DNA from: Tetramitus jugosus
Lineage: Eukaryota; Protista; Heterolobosea
Direction: 5' to 3'
NCBI GenBank assembly: GCA_937625935.1
Contig: OW569395.1
Location: 62,001 to 126,000 of the forward strand
Length of the DNA: 64,000 nucleotides
Positions within the stretch are counted from its first letter, which is position 1; each line of letters opens with the position of its first letter. Below the pieces are notes generated by a model. That model saw nothing but the letters and a program-made list of their open reading frames with translations. It did no database searches and had not been told where the DNA came from. A program made the position numbers and the translations under genes. Below are positions 22,694 through 34,707 of the stretch, in pieces.

Positions 22694-23176
22694 CGTGTTT
22701 TGTCCCCATTGAAAGCCTTTTCTAAAAGTAGGTACAGTAGCTATTAACATTATTATATCTTTGTTGTTCACCTAAGATTATGTTGTTGGATGTTATTGTT
22801 GGTTGGTTGTTGTTGCTTGTGTTGTTTCAGAGCTGAAAGCGAGGCCTGATCTGGAGTTGTTTAAGTAGCACGAGCAGGGATAGGCCAAGGTCAGTGTACC
22901 CAATTAGAGCCGTGGATATGATTCTGAATTCCAATTCTCAGCACTGTTAGTTGATAGTAAAAAATAGAGCTCTTGCAGCGACAGGCCTGTCCGCTCAGAG
23001 AAGTTCCCAAGGTCTTGACCATGAGCTTTTTTTCGCCTGGGAACTTGTCGTCGGCGAATCACAAATCGGTCTTTTCTTTCTAATTCCCGGTTCTCCCGCT
23101 TCCGCCAAAAAAGCAAAACACATCTTTTTTTTCGTGTGTGCCTCTTCGCGAAAAGCAAAGCAAAGCAACAATATCA

Positions 23177-26100
23177 ATGAGCAATATCAACAACAATAAC
23201 AATAACAATAACAATAGCATGCATCACAGGAGTTCTTCCTCTAGCAGCAGTAACTCCATGATCATCAACAGTAGCTCACTCTTCTCTAATGCTATGATGC
23301 TTGGTCCTTCTTCTTCTTTTTTCACCTCCAACAATAACAATAATAACAATAATAATATGAGTCATAATAACACTTCGAATCATTTTTACAACAATAATAA
23401 TTTTTACAATTCTAGTCACAACAATGGTCAATTTTCATCATATAACAATATCAACAATAATAATAATAATATGAATGGTAATAATAATAACAATAATAAT
23501 AATAGCAGTGGAGATGTAGTGTGTTGGAATCCTCATACATCCACTCGTTTCAATGTCATTTCCAATAGAGACATTCATTATTATCGAATCAATGAAGAAG
23601 TGTTTAATCGTGTCGTTGAAAATGGATTTGATGACTCGGTTGAAATTATGCACCGAAAACAAGAAGGTACTGTTCCATCAAAACACAAAAAAAAAAAATT
23701 TTTTTTTTCTTCGTCCTTCTTCAAATGATACTCACTCACTGACACCCACACACACGCAAAAAAAATATTGATAGATTTATTTCATTTGATTAGTACGACA
23801 AATTTACCCTATCCTGCCAAATGTCACTCATGGTCACCTGATCACAGAGATATTATTGCACTTGGTCTACAGAATGGTACAGTCGTATTGAACAATATAC
23901 GTCTCAATAAGATTGTAACGGAATTTGTACCAAAGAGTGTTCGACCTTGTAAATCATTGTCTTGGAATCCTACGCAGACGAATTTGATTGCTGCTGGTTT
24001 TGATAAAATGAGAAGTGATGGTGGAGTTGTTGTCTGGGATGTGAACATGTTGGATTTGGAGATGATGAGAGTGATGATGGATGATGGAACGAGTAGTGTA
24101 AGTTCAGTGACGAGTGGTGGTGGTGGTGGTGGAGGTGCGATTGGTGGTATGAATGTAGGTGGAGGTGGTGGTGGTGGTGGATTGATGAATTTTTATCGAT
24201 CGTCATCTTCAACGTCATTGTCATCATTTGATGTCGCGAATAGTAATAATATGAGTAATAATAATAACAGTAGTAGTGGTGGTAGTAGTAATTATGTGAA
24301 TCATAGTATGGGTCGGAGTCGTAGTTTGAGTGTGTTGGAACGGATTGATAAACCAGCGTATGAAGTAGGATTATCAGACGCAGCTCATGCAGTGTGTTGG
24401 ATACCTGGTCAACGGATATCATTGTTGATGGCTGCCAATCCTCGTTATTTGAGAGTGTATGATCTGAGAGAGTACACGAATTTGAAGGCAACGAGACCGA
24501 GTGTCAATTTTGCAGCGCACAACAAGAGCATTCAAGGCATCAGTTTCAATCCAGTGGACCAACACCAGTTTGCCAGTTTTTCCGAAGATGGACAAGTCAA
24601 GGTGTGGGACATGAGAAAATTACCGAATCCGTTGCGTGAATTACCCATCTCGAGCAAGCGAGATCCATCGATCGCCCAGATTGAGTGGTCATCGACCAAT
24701 CGAAACGTGCTTGGTGTGTTGATGCGAGATGGTCAATCGATTCGACTGTGGAATTTGAATCCACCTGGTACTGATCGCTCTGTTCGTGCTGCACTCTCAC
24801 CCTACAAGAGCTTGTACACGAGAGATGAACCAATTGCTTCCTTTTCCTTCCATCCAAACATTGCTCGATGCATGCTCGTCTCTACGCAATCCGGTCAAAT
24901 CAAATACGTGTTCACCAAGGACTATCCAAAGTTTTCCATCTCTCCTCGTGGTACCATTGTTTCACTGCACCAGAAGCTTATGATTGAGCGAATGTTGACA
25001 CAAACATCACCAACATCATCCTTATCCACCCCCAACAACAATAACAACGAAATGGTGGACTATTGTTGCTTGATGAAAATGAGAGCAGACAAGTCCATCG
25101 GCATGAATCAGACAAAAAATCTGGAGATTGCAAAGGAGATGAAGGAACAAGATATGATTGAACTGTGGTCATGGATCAATCGAGTGAAACAGTTGAACGA
25201 GAGTGGAGATCGCAAGTTGCATCCCTCACAGCACAACTACACAGGCGTCAAATCATTGTTGACTGCCTCTCTCGATTCACCAATCATGTTCAAACTTCCA
25301 CCTACATCGCCCTTCACATCATCCAAGTTCTCCGACTATCCAAAGAATCTTCAATCCACTACTACTGTTCTACAACAATCCCCTCCAACAACTCCTCTAT
25401 CCTCGACGAGCTTCAGCGGCGGTCAAGCTGTACAGGAGGTGTTCGAGACGCAAGCTCGCATTTCAAGACTGTTCCCTTCACTCAAAGTCTATTCAAGTCC
25501 GCAGAGAAGTCTCATTGTGGAGATGTGTGGTTGGGGTCAATCACTGCTCAATAATATTAACACATGCTTGGAATCAGCGATGAAGAGAAGCAATTCAGCT
25601 GCTGCACTCAACAACATGAGTCACATGAGCAATCAAGGTTTCATGAGTTCATCGTCATCAATGATGAGCATAGTAGATGAAGAAGCAGAGGATGTGGCAA
25701 CGAAGCTGCTGAAATCACAATATCTAAACGAACGATCCGTCGCTATCGCTATCTTTGCCATGGATTTGAATTTGGCAGCTCGGTTATTGATTGCAATTGA
25801 AGATGAACAGAGAAGAGTCGGACACAACAGCGGAAATAATTACAAGTTCCTAGCGTATGCACTCGGTGGATTCTCTGGTGATAGACAACGCGAGTTCAAA
25901 GAAGTTTACAGTTCATTGTATCCAATGCATCCAAATCCCTATCTGCGTGCAGCGCTCGGATTCCTGTCTGAAATTTCATCCACCTACGATTACTCGACAG
26001 TGCTGAACGAAGCACAAATTTCATTGTGTGATCGTTTGGCATTTGCGTCGATATATCTTCCTCCTGATCATCTATCAATCTATGTGAACCGAATGAGTGA

Positions 26101-26893
26101 AGAATCGATACAAAAGGGTCATTTACCAGGCATTATTCTCACCGGTTTGAATCGAGATGCAGTTGATTTGGTTCAAAACTATGTGGACCGCACAGGTGAT
26201 ATACAAATTGCATGTCTCCTGCTGAAGACAGTTGTTCCTGCACAATTCGAAGACAAGAGAGTTGATGTCTGGTTGTACAACTATCGGGAGTTGTTAGATC
26301 AGTGGCAAATGTGGGAAACGAGAGCATACTTGGACACAAAGCTGAATCAGTATACATCAGAGAAGGTTTCCACTCGATCAACACCTGAAGTCTCAGTCAA
26401 ATGCACTTTTTGTAATCAAGCACTCGTGCACAAAGTACTCAGCTCGAATCGTCGGAATCAGCTCAACAATTTTACGAACAAGATGGGTTCAGGTAGTTAT
26501 GCAACGCGTGCCAAGTCAACAAGCTGCCCTAGCTGTCGGAAACCACTCCCTAAATGCTCCATTTGTCTCATGCCATTCGGATCACCTCATCACTCTCTCG
26601 GTGGAAATCAACAATCCTCGTCGCAACAACATCCATCGACGCACATGGGTCACCATCACGGTTCTGAGGAATCTGCAACAACTACACCTGGTCATCAATA
26701 CGGTCAATTGGACTATTGCTTCTCATGGTGCACGAAATGCAAGCATGGAGGTCATGTGAAACACTTGATGGAATGGTTTTCCACGCATTCGGTTTGTGCT
26801 GTATCAGGTTGTGATTGTGCCTGTTTTTCTCCTTTAGCATCCAATGGACCCACTCCCGCTCCATCAACAACCAACGCAACGATACCTCAATAA
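23177..26893 (+). CDS. MIOS: GATOR2 subunit MIOS/Sea4; intron 23667-23774
   Basis: WD40 repeats (IAAGFDKMRSD, HQFASFSEDG), PYLRA, G..LTGL, QNYVDRTGDIQ, YRELLDQWQMWETRA and a C-terminal Zn ribbon/RING (CRKPLPKCSIC..WCTKCKHGGH..WF..C). Confidence 0.92.
23186..23505 (+). repeat. AAT/AAC microsatellite tracts encoding poly-Asn at the MIOS N-terminus
   Basis: Directly visible (aat/aac)n runs. Confidence 0.85.
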
Positions 26894-27177
26894 TAACATT
26901 TAGTTTTACATGGTTTATTGGTTTCCGATTTCCTTCACAATTGCATCAACTAACTTCAGACTAGTTATATGTGTTTGAGTGTGTGACACACGTTTCCGGC
27001 TCAAATTCATTTTACAACGATGCCACAAGTTTATTCTCGATTGGCTGAGGTGCGATATATAATCCTCCTCAATCCACATGGGAACACCATTTGATTTCTA
27101 CCCAGAAGTTTCCAGGCAAAGGTTAAAACTGCAAACTGGCCACAAACGCGGAAATAGCTCTATTACGACTTCATAGT

Positions 27178-27266
27178 GTCTACGTTCATACAATGGTGGA
27201 ACCACCTCTTCCCATTTCGAATAGAGAAGTTAAGCACCATCTGGCTGAGTTAGTATTGAGATAGGA
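27178..27266 (+). pseudogene. 3'-truncated 5S rRNA copy (first 89 nt) fused to unrelated sequence
   Basis: Identical to nt 1-89 of the complete 5S gene at 30108-30226, then diverges after ...GAGATAGGA. Confidence 0.85.
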
Positions 27267-27506
27267 TGGGACTATGTTTAGTTTAAGTACAACTGGTGGT
27301 GTCAGCGAACAGGTTCGCCCTGTTCGGTTTGGAGAACTTATTTTCTGTTGATTAAGCAAATTTCTTTACTCTTGTTAACCAGATTCTGACCAGAGACGTG
27401 CAAACGTTTGGCCGAATACAGTCTTTCAAGGGAACTCTCTGGGCAGTGGCAACATTGTTGTCTTTGGGACAGCTTCATAATAGATTCTCAATGAGTTCCA
27501 TCAATA

Positions 27507-28649
27507 CTAAGTGAAAAATTGTGATAACCAATTCCAACCCTTGAGGTGATTCCCTTGGTAAATCTTGCAGGCAAGAGGAGCATCTTGTTGATCAACGAAT
27601 GCCTGGATCATCAACTCCATTTTTCCCAAGTCCTTGATTGGATGAAAGAGCAATGAGCGAGGGTCGCAAGACCCTAATGAATCAAGCCCCGATAGACTAT
27701 GCTTGATATGATGGAAAGAGGAAACCCAGTGACCAAATGTGGCATCTTCGTTGCCCCACTTTTTAAGATTCCCAGCCTTAGATGCAAAGTAAATGGTTTT
27801 TCCGAGAGCACTGGAGAATGCATAACATGCACCAGCAGCATACTTGACATAAAAATTGATACCAGTGTCATTCAAGAACTCATCATCTCCTCTCGCACCT
27901 CCCGTAAAAACTTTTGATCCTGTAAGAAAGACACCAGAGTAAGCAAAGAGCGAACGAGTGAGATATTCTTGTTTAGTGGAGGAATGCATGCTATGCTGCG
28001 TCGTCCCTTGTTGCGCTTGGCTTTTAATAAAAGGAGAGTCCACTTGCTCCCTAAGAACATTTTCATACAAATCGTACCTCACTAACGCATCATCATCCGT
28101 CTTCACAATGTATCGATACTTGTCAAACAAGAAATGATCTCCCAAGTACTGAATCATCTTTTCAACCTTGTAAATGATTTTGGTCCATCCAGTCTGTTCC
28201 CTATCCAACCTAAAGAACTTCAAGTCGCCATACTGTTGCTGCTCTTGCTCCAACTTTTCAACACAACTATATGGCTCCGATCCATAATGATAATCGTCCA
28301 ACAAGAAGACATAATCAACGAGATTGGGGTACTGATGAGATGCATATTGTGACATCCACTTCCTGATCAGTGACCTTCTCATGGAACCAACACTATCACA
28401 TGTGCTTAATACTCCGGCAAAGAAAAACTTTGGACGTCCAACGTTGTTGGATAATGAACCTGCTGCTCCTGCTCCTGCTGCTGTTGATGGTGTAGCAGGT
28501 AATTGTTCATTGAGAAAAACTGGATATTTCTCTTCCGTGTCATGTTGGAGGCCTTTAACATTGGTTCTGTGAGATGCAAACCTTAGGAACAAACCAAAGG
28601 ATGATATGATAAAGAGAAGCACAAAGTAGTGCATAAATTTGGGCGTCAT
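27507..28649 (-). CDS. GT31 beta-1,3-galactosyltransferase-like type II membrane glycosyltransferase
   Basis: N-terminal TM; RRSLIRK, YIVKTDDD, YAAGACYAFS and EDATFGHW motifs. Confidence 0.85.
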   Translation of the reverse strand: MTPKFMHYFVLLFIISSFGLFLRFASHRTNVKGLQHDTEEKYPVFLNEQLPATPSTAAGAGAAGSLSNNVGRPKFFFAGVLSTCDSVGSMRRSLIRKWMSQYASHQYPNLVDYVFLLDDYHYGSEPYSCVEKLEQEQQQYGDLKFFRLDREQTGWTKIIYKVEKMIQYLGDHFLFDKYRYIVKTDDDALVRYDLYENVLREQVDSPFIKSQAQQGTTQHSMHSSTKQEYLTRSLFAYSGVFLTGSKVFTGGARGDDEFLNDTGINFYVKYAAGACYAFSSALGKTIYFASKAGNLKKWGNEDATFGHWVSSFHHIKHSLSGLDSLGSCDPRSLLFHPIKDLGKMELMIQAFVDQQDAPLACKIYQGNHLKGWNWLSQFFT

Positions 28650-30107
28650 TCTTGTTTCTGTGCTACAATTTCGTTTTCCCTTGTGAAGAAAATCCATCAA
28701 CCTACCTACGTAAAGGTATTCGAAAGAAATCTTTTGGGTGCTGGAGGGAGCAATTTGAACAGTTGAAATTGAATGGCGGCCAAATGATCCAAACCGTAGT
28801 CGACTACACCACCAACAGTGGTAAACTGACACAGTTTGAAGTTTCAAGTTCACCACTGGAGCGTTTTTTTCCAATTCCAGGAAGTCATTGGAGGGAATAA
28901 TTTCGCAGCGACGGGCAGGTCAGACTTCACCAAGATCGAGCGGTCTAGATTATCAGACTCGATCAGTCGAATCGTATTTTATACGACGAGTTGTTCACAG
29001 CAGGCAAACGAATGTTGATAGATTTCAAAGCATATTGTGCTTTTTGGTTCACGTCCATACCCCTCCTGTTCATCTATCATTAACTGATAAATCTTCTTAA
29101 GGAGGTCGTTCGGTGAAATAAAACCCATAATTTCACAACCTCAACAAGCTAGTTGAAGCCGTCTACAGGTGGCACAGAATAATGTAACAGCAGAAAGTTT
29201 ATTTGACTCTGCCTCTACGCCTCTTTGGGACAGATTGTGCTTTAATTGGTGATGTCTTACGTTTTCTTTTTGCGACTTCAGCGTCTGCCTCGGTCATTTT
29301 GGGACATTTTCTTCACATTGGGTCCTTCCATTGGACATTCATTCGTCGGTCTTGTTTCTCAGTTCACTTCACGACAACAAACACCCAACTAAAGTAAGTA
29401 CAACTCAACCACAAATCAACAGAACATTCGAGTCATCCATGCTCTGAGAAAAACACAGCATCGATTTCCAGTCTCTCTGTTTTCGATACCTTACAGAGCG
29501 GCTGGAACACCACATGCACTGACTCTCATTGTGAAAAGTTGTCAAAAGGTCAATAGTACCGGCAGCGAAGGACTCTCATTTTATTATTTACAAGAGAGTA
29601 TCTCAAACAGTATGTCCACATACATTGCATGAGATTTTTGAATTCATTTCTACAATATGTGTGTACTCTTTTGCGGTTCTCTCTGGAGAGCCTTCTCACT
29701 CTCTTTATCTGCTTTCTCTAGGGCAGCACGCAATTCTTCAGCTGTAGCATTTGTCTCTTCTTTTGATTCTTTAATAAATAAGTGGAATTCTTCGAAGCTC
29801 TGGAGCAAAGAACTAGGAGAGTATATCGTTCTCTAGTTCATCAAAAACTGAAGGGCAGTCCTGCTGAAGGAATGCAGCGGACTTGAAGTCAGTTAATTTA
29901 CCTGATGTTCTACCTACTGTGGCCTTGAAGATCATTATCTGATTATTGGTTTTTGTTCAAAGAAAGTTCTTGGGGAAGAACAGGAACTTTTCGTTTTAAT
30001 AGGAAGCTGTAGATAGAATGTAGGCGCGAGTTTCTGGAAGAAAGCCTACATTACTCTTCCTCAAGCCTTGTGACAGCAAAATAATCCCAATGTTGTTAAG
30101 AACAAAA

Positions 30108-30226
30108 GCCTACATTACTGAGGGTTCTCAAGTAGTCTCCTATCTCAATACTAACTCAGCCAGATGGTGCTTAACTTCTCTATTCGAAATGGGAAGAGGT
30201 GGTTCCACCATTGTATGAACGTAGAC
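30108..30226 (-). rRNA. 5S rRNA (complete, 119 nt)
   Basis: GTCTAC..CATAC..CCCATTTCGAA..GAAGTTAAGC..GTTAGTA..GAGAC..GAA..GTAGGC; terminal helix I pairs; followed by a TTTT terminator. Confidence 0.93.
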
Positions 30227-30451
30227 ACTATGAAGTCGTAATAGAGCTATTTCCACGTTTTTTGGACCGAAATTTAGCTGTAGGTAGGTTTCAGGAATCT
30301 CTTTTAAAAGCTTCGTTGTTCTCCTCTTCGTGTTATCAAAAATGGTTCGTTCTACTTTTGCATTATAACGCACTTTGGCGCGAATCGAGTGTTGTACGAA
30401 TGTTTATGTGTGCTATATCTAGTGGGAGGATGGGTTACCTGGGATAATGTG

Positions 30452-31576
30452 TTACCAACCTGGTTCAAAGAAGCGGTATTCCCTGAGAGGAGAGTCAAAA
30501 AAGTAGAATCGTTTGAAAAAGTGATCGAATTGCCTGATGGATGGTTTGTCAGGATCGTCTTCATCGATCTGCAACAGGGTGCACAGTTTCTTTACAGCTT
30601 CCTTGTTCGCTGAGAATTTCGTACGATCTTTGATCGAAGCAACAAAACTCACTCGCTTCTCCCGCTTTGCCTGTTCCTCATCAAACTTAATAGCAAATGG
30701 AGTATCCACGTGGACATAGTCGTCCAACTCGGCCTGCACAAATTGCATATTCACAGAATGTTCGCGAAACAGATGATCCAAAAAAGTAGCACGAACGAAA
30801 AATTCGTATCGAGTGCACTCGAGCTCATGAATTATGCTCTTTGAAATGGTCTTGTAGATGATACTATCATGCATGAATGTAATGTACTTGTTGGTTTCAC
30901 TTTTTGTTAAATCAACATTGTAAATCTCTTCAGTAAGTGTTGTCTTTCGTAGTTGCATTTTCATATCACTTGTACTGCGCTCCTCTGTTCCTGAATGTAT
31001 AAACTTTCTCGTAGCAGCTAGAAGTTGATATGCATAACGGGTGTCTCTTTCAAAACGTGCAATAACAAGCCTTTTCCAGTATTCAGCCTGATGAATATCG
31101 AGTTTATCCTTCTTCCTCTTTTTGTTACTTGGTTGTTCCGCGATGCACCTTGACCTCTTTCCAGATGTCTCCTTCTCCCCCTTCTTACTCATCTCCATCA
31201 GATTCTTCTCCTTCTGCTTCTTATTCTTCTCCTTCTCCAGCCCCTTCTCCTTCTTCATCTCATTCAGTCCCTTATCCATCGCCAACATCCATGCCGGCTT
31301 CTCCTCCATCTCCTCTTCATCATACTCTTCATAATCCTCTTCATCAGACTCTCCTCCATCAACATTGTCTCTCATGTGTCTCTCTGAAGTTTCGAGCTTC
31401 GCCAGAAACTCATTCATGGATGGCCAGTTGATTTGAGCCACAGTTTTCCAAGTCAAGAATGCCTCTGTTGTGTCGTGCCATTCCTTGTTCAACAGAGTAG
31501 CCCTGGAGTAAATGTCCTTAATGGGTAAGAATTGCAAGATGATCTGGCGCATGTCTTGTGGCAGTGGTAAGGTCAT
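30452..31576 (-). CDS. F-box protein with acidic/basic low-complexity linker
   Basis: LPQDMRQIILQFLPIKDIYSRATLLNKEW F-box motif. Confidence 0.7.
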   Translation of the reverse strand: MTLPLPQDMRQIILQFLPIKDIYSRATLLNKEWHDTTEAFLTWKTVAQINWPSMNEFLAKLETSERHMRDNVDGGESDEEDYEEYDEEEMEEKPAWMLAMDKGLNEMKKEKGLEKEKNKKQKEKNLMEMSKKGEKETSGKRSRCIAEQPSNKKRKKDKLDIHQAEYWKRLVIARFERDTRYAYQLLAATRKFIHSGTEERSTSDMKMQLRKTTLTEEIYNVDLTKSETNKYITFMHDSIIYKTISKSIIHELECTRYEFFVRATFLDHLFREHSVNMQFVQAELDDYVHVDTPFAIKFDEEQAKREKRVSFVASIKDRTKFSANKEAVKKLCTLLQIDEDDPDKPSIRQFDHFFKRFYFFDSPLREYRFFEPGW

Positions 31577-32297
31577 TATCTTTTGTTTTTGTTTTGGACC
31601 TGCGATCAAAGAAAACTCCTTATTTGTGTTTGTTGAAGGGTACTTGACGGAGAAATCATCCGATTTATTCTTAGAGTTCAAAAAGCACCCTTTGCGTTAA
31701 CCTGGTCATATAGATTGAGATACATGTGGCGAAATGGTGGTCAAATGTTGGAGAATAGTCTTCACCAAAGAATAACATTAAACATTCACAAGCTTTTTGA
31801 GATATTATTTATTATTATTGTTGTTGTTGTGGCTCACATCTTCAAAAGCATGTGTGTGACTCAGGCAGCTCGAAAGTACCTTCACTCTTTGAAGCAAACT
31901 ATAAAGTTCACATGGATCTCTATTCTCTTCTTTGTGCATCATCACATCATTCTCCAGCTTATGAAAACATGTTCTACTCACTACTACTATTAAAAAGCTT
32001 ATCATGAAACTACAACGACTACTAGGCTTGTTGTTGTCGTCGTTGTCCACAAAAATCTATCTACACGTACAAAAAAAGACAAAGCTCTTGTTCAAGACTA
32101 GTGTTGTTCGTTTTTTGAGCGATAACACAATCTGGACAAAGCTTCATCGCACCACGGAAGCTTCTTCCCATCATCAATATCCAAGACACAGCTTCATGTG
32201 AGCTCTTGTTGTTCACTAGAGTCAGCATATGGGTGAAGCTACTTGTGCTTGTTGGGAGTGATTGGTGGAGGAGAGAAGACTGATTGGGTGGAGCTCT

Positions 32298-32726
<429 letters not shown>

Positions 32727-33518
32727 TTAGGTTTTTGATACAGTTAAGTAGTATGGTTTTGTTGGTTGTTGGTTGGTTGTTTTGTTTTTGGAGGAACGAG
32801 CCGTTGGATAAACGTTTTTTTGAAGGTTGGTGTGCGTTGGGTGGTGGAAGAAAGTTTTGTTGGTTGAAGGTGGAGTTTGAGCATGGTAAGTATTTGAGAA
32901 CGACCACCACAAATCTCGAGGCAAAGTGAGTGGTGGTCGATTTTGGCTTGATTTTCGCTTCACCGCTGATTTATTTTTTGTAAAGTCATGTTGTAAACCC
33001 CTCCCCGACACCAAAATCCAGTTTTCCCTCGTTTCTTTCGTGTAAACCAACCCGTCAGCTTTCATTCAAGACAAGATTGCGGTCAACCAAGATATTTTCG
33101 TGCGTCACTGGTCATTCATTACAGCTTCAAGGTGAAGGTATCTCTCCGCGATTGATTGACCGAAGATCGAGCCTAGGAAGAGTTTGCGCACCGCCTGGGA
33201 AGTGCAATTGCAGAGGCCCGAATCAATTGCGCACATCATAATTCTTAGTTTCTCCAGATGATGAACACATTCAAACCAATCATTTTCCAATCATCAACAT
33301 TCCGTCTTTTCACTCACTGCTTCTCTACGACCACCTGCTCGCAACCTCTCTCTTCCAGATCTCTCCCAATCGGATGCTTTTACAAAATTGGTGTTTGGCC
33401 GACAAAAGCCCGTCGTGGAAACAGTTTAGCTGGACTTTCCGATCCACGTTCACACGAGGCCACCAAACAAAGCAAACAAACAAAGCAAAACCCATTGTCT
33501 CATAGAACAAACCAAAAA

Positions 33519-34508
33519 ATGACAAAGTCTGTAGCAACTCAAGATTCAAGTGCACCAAAAAGAACTCTATATCCACCAATTGAGCCATACGATTCTGGTC
33601 GACTCAAAGTTTCCGATATTCATGAGCTTTACTATGAACAATGTGGTAATCCAAACGGAAAACCTGCAATTGTAGTTCATGGAGGTCCAGGAGGAGGCTG
33701 CGTTGCTTCTTACAGACAATACTTTGATCCAGTCGTCTATCGTATCGTGATGTTTGATCAGAGAGGAGCAGGAAGATCGACTCCACATGCAGAACTCGAA
33801 GAAAACACGACTTGGCATCTAGTAGAGGACATGGAAACGATTCGAAAGCATTTGGGTATTGAAAATTGGACTGTTGTGTTTGGAGGCAGTTGGGGCAGTA
33901 CTTTGTCATTGGCCTATGCTCAAACGCATCCCGAACGAGTCAAGAGTCTCGTGTTGAGAGGTATTTTTACATTGAGAAGAAGAGAATTGGAGTTTTTTTA
34001 TCAGGAGGGATCCAGTTGGGTGTTCCCTGATGCGTGGGATCAATATCTGGAGCCTATTCCAGAAGAGGAGAGAGGTGATTTGATGGCTGCGTATTACAAG
34101 AGATTGACTGGTGATAACGAAGAGGAAAAGTTGAGATGTGCTCGTGCTTGGTCAGTATGGGAAATGTCTACGAGCAGATTGTTTGTGGACCCAGCTTATA
34201 TTGCTCGTGCTGCTGAAGATGATTTGTTTGCTGTTGCTTTTGCTAGAATTGAGTGTCACTACTTTGTGAATGCCGGATGGTTCAAGGATGGTCAATTGAT
34301 TGATAACGCTGGTATTTTGAAGGATATTCCTGTTGAGATTGTTCAGGGAAGATATGACATGGTCTGTCCTGCAAAGTCTGCCTGGGATTTGCACAAGAAT
34401 TTGGCTCAGAGTAATTTGGTGATTGTTCCAGATGCTGGTCATTCTGCAATCGAACCTGGAATTGTTTCTGCTCTTGTCGAAGCCTGTGACAAGTTTAGAG
34501 ATTTGTAA
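33519..34508 (+). CDS. pip: Proline iminopeptidase (S33)
   Basis: LYPPIEPY, HGGPG, DQRGAGRS, GGSWGS nucleophile, QGRYD and AGHS motifs. Confidence 0.93.
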   Translation: MTKSVATQDSSAPKRTLYPPIEPYDSGRLKVSDIHELYYEQCGNPNGKPAIVVHGGPGGGCVASYRQYFDPVVYRIVMFDQRGAGRSTPHAELEENTTWHLVEDMETIRKHLGIENWTVVFGGSWGSTLSLAYAQTHPERVKSLVLRGIFTLRRRELEFFYQEGSSWVFPDAWDQYLEPIPEEERGDLMAAYYKRLTGDNEEEKLRCARAWSVWEMSTSRLFVDPAYIARAAEDDLFAVAFARIECHYFVNAGWFKDGQLIDNAGILKDIPVEIVQGRYDMVCPAKSAWDLHKNLAQSNLVIVPDAGHSAIEPGIVSALVEACDKFRDL

Positions 34509-34707
34509 AACAAGTAGTGTGTATTCAAACCAATAAGTAAATGAAACATATTTTTGTCTCAATAGATCTGACTCTCAACTTTGAACAATCGAACATTCGA
34601 CCGAAGGTTTCAATAGCTCAGTTGTGACAACACTTGATAAGCTTGTTTTGCGAAATTATCGGACTTTAATTTAACATTCTTGCCCATACCATAACAAAGA
34701 CAACAGA

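Larger units (their letters stand above)
27144..30260. repeat. 123-bp inverted repeat (27144-27266 / 30138-30260): 5S upstream region plus 5S 5' part
   Basis: Arms are reverse-complement identical except for one mismatch in the upstream flank. Confidence 0.9.

Noticed and set aside
21968-22747. 259-aa + strand ORF
   Set aside because: Antisense shadow of the surface-protein gene
29400-29940. Coding-like minus-strand fragments between GT31 and 5S
   Set aside because: Frames are broken by stops and there is no recognisable motif; a gene or pseudogene call cannot be supported
27144-30260. Inverted repeat read as DNA-transposon TIRs
   Set aside because: Arms are 5S-derived; no transposase inside and no target-site duplication seen
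31715-32201. Short ORFs between the F-box gene and H3
   Set aside because: Under 100 aa, low complexity, no motifs
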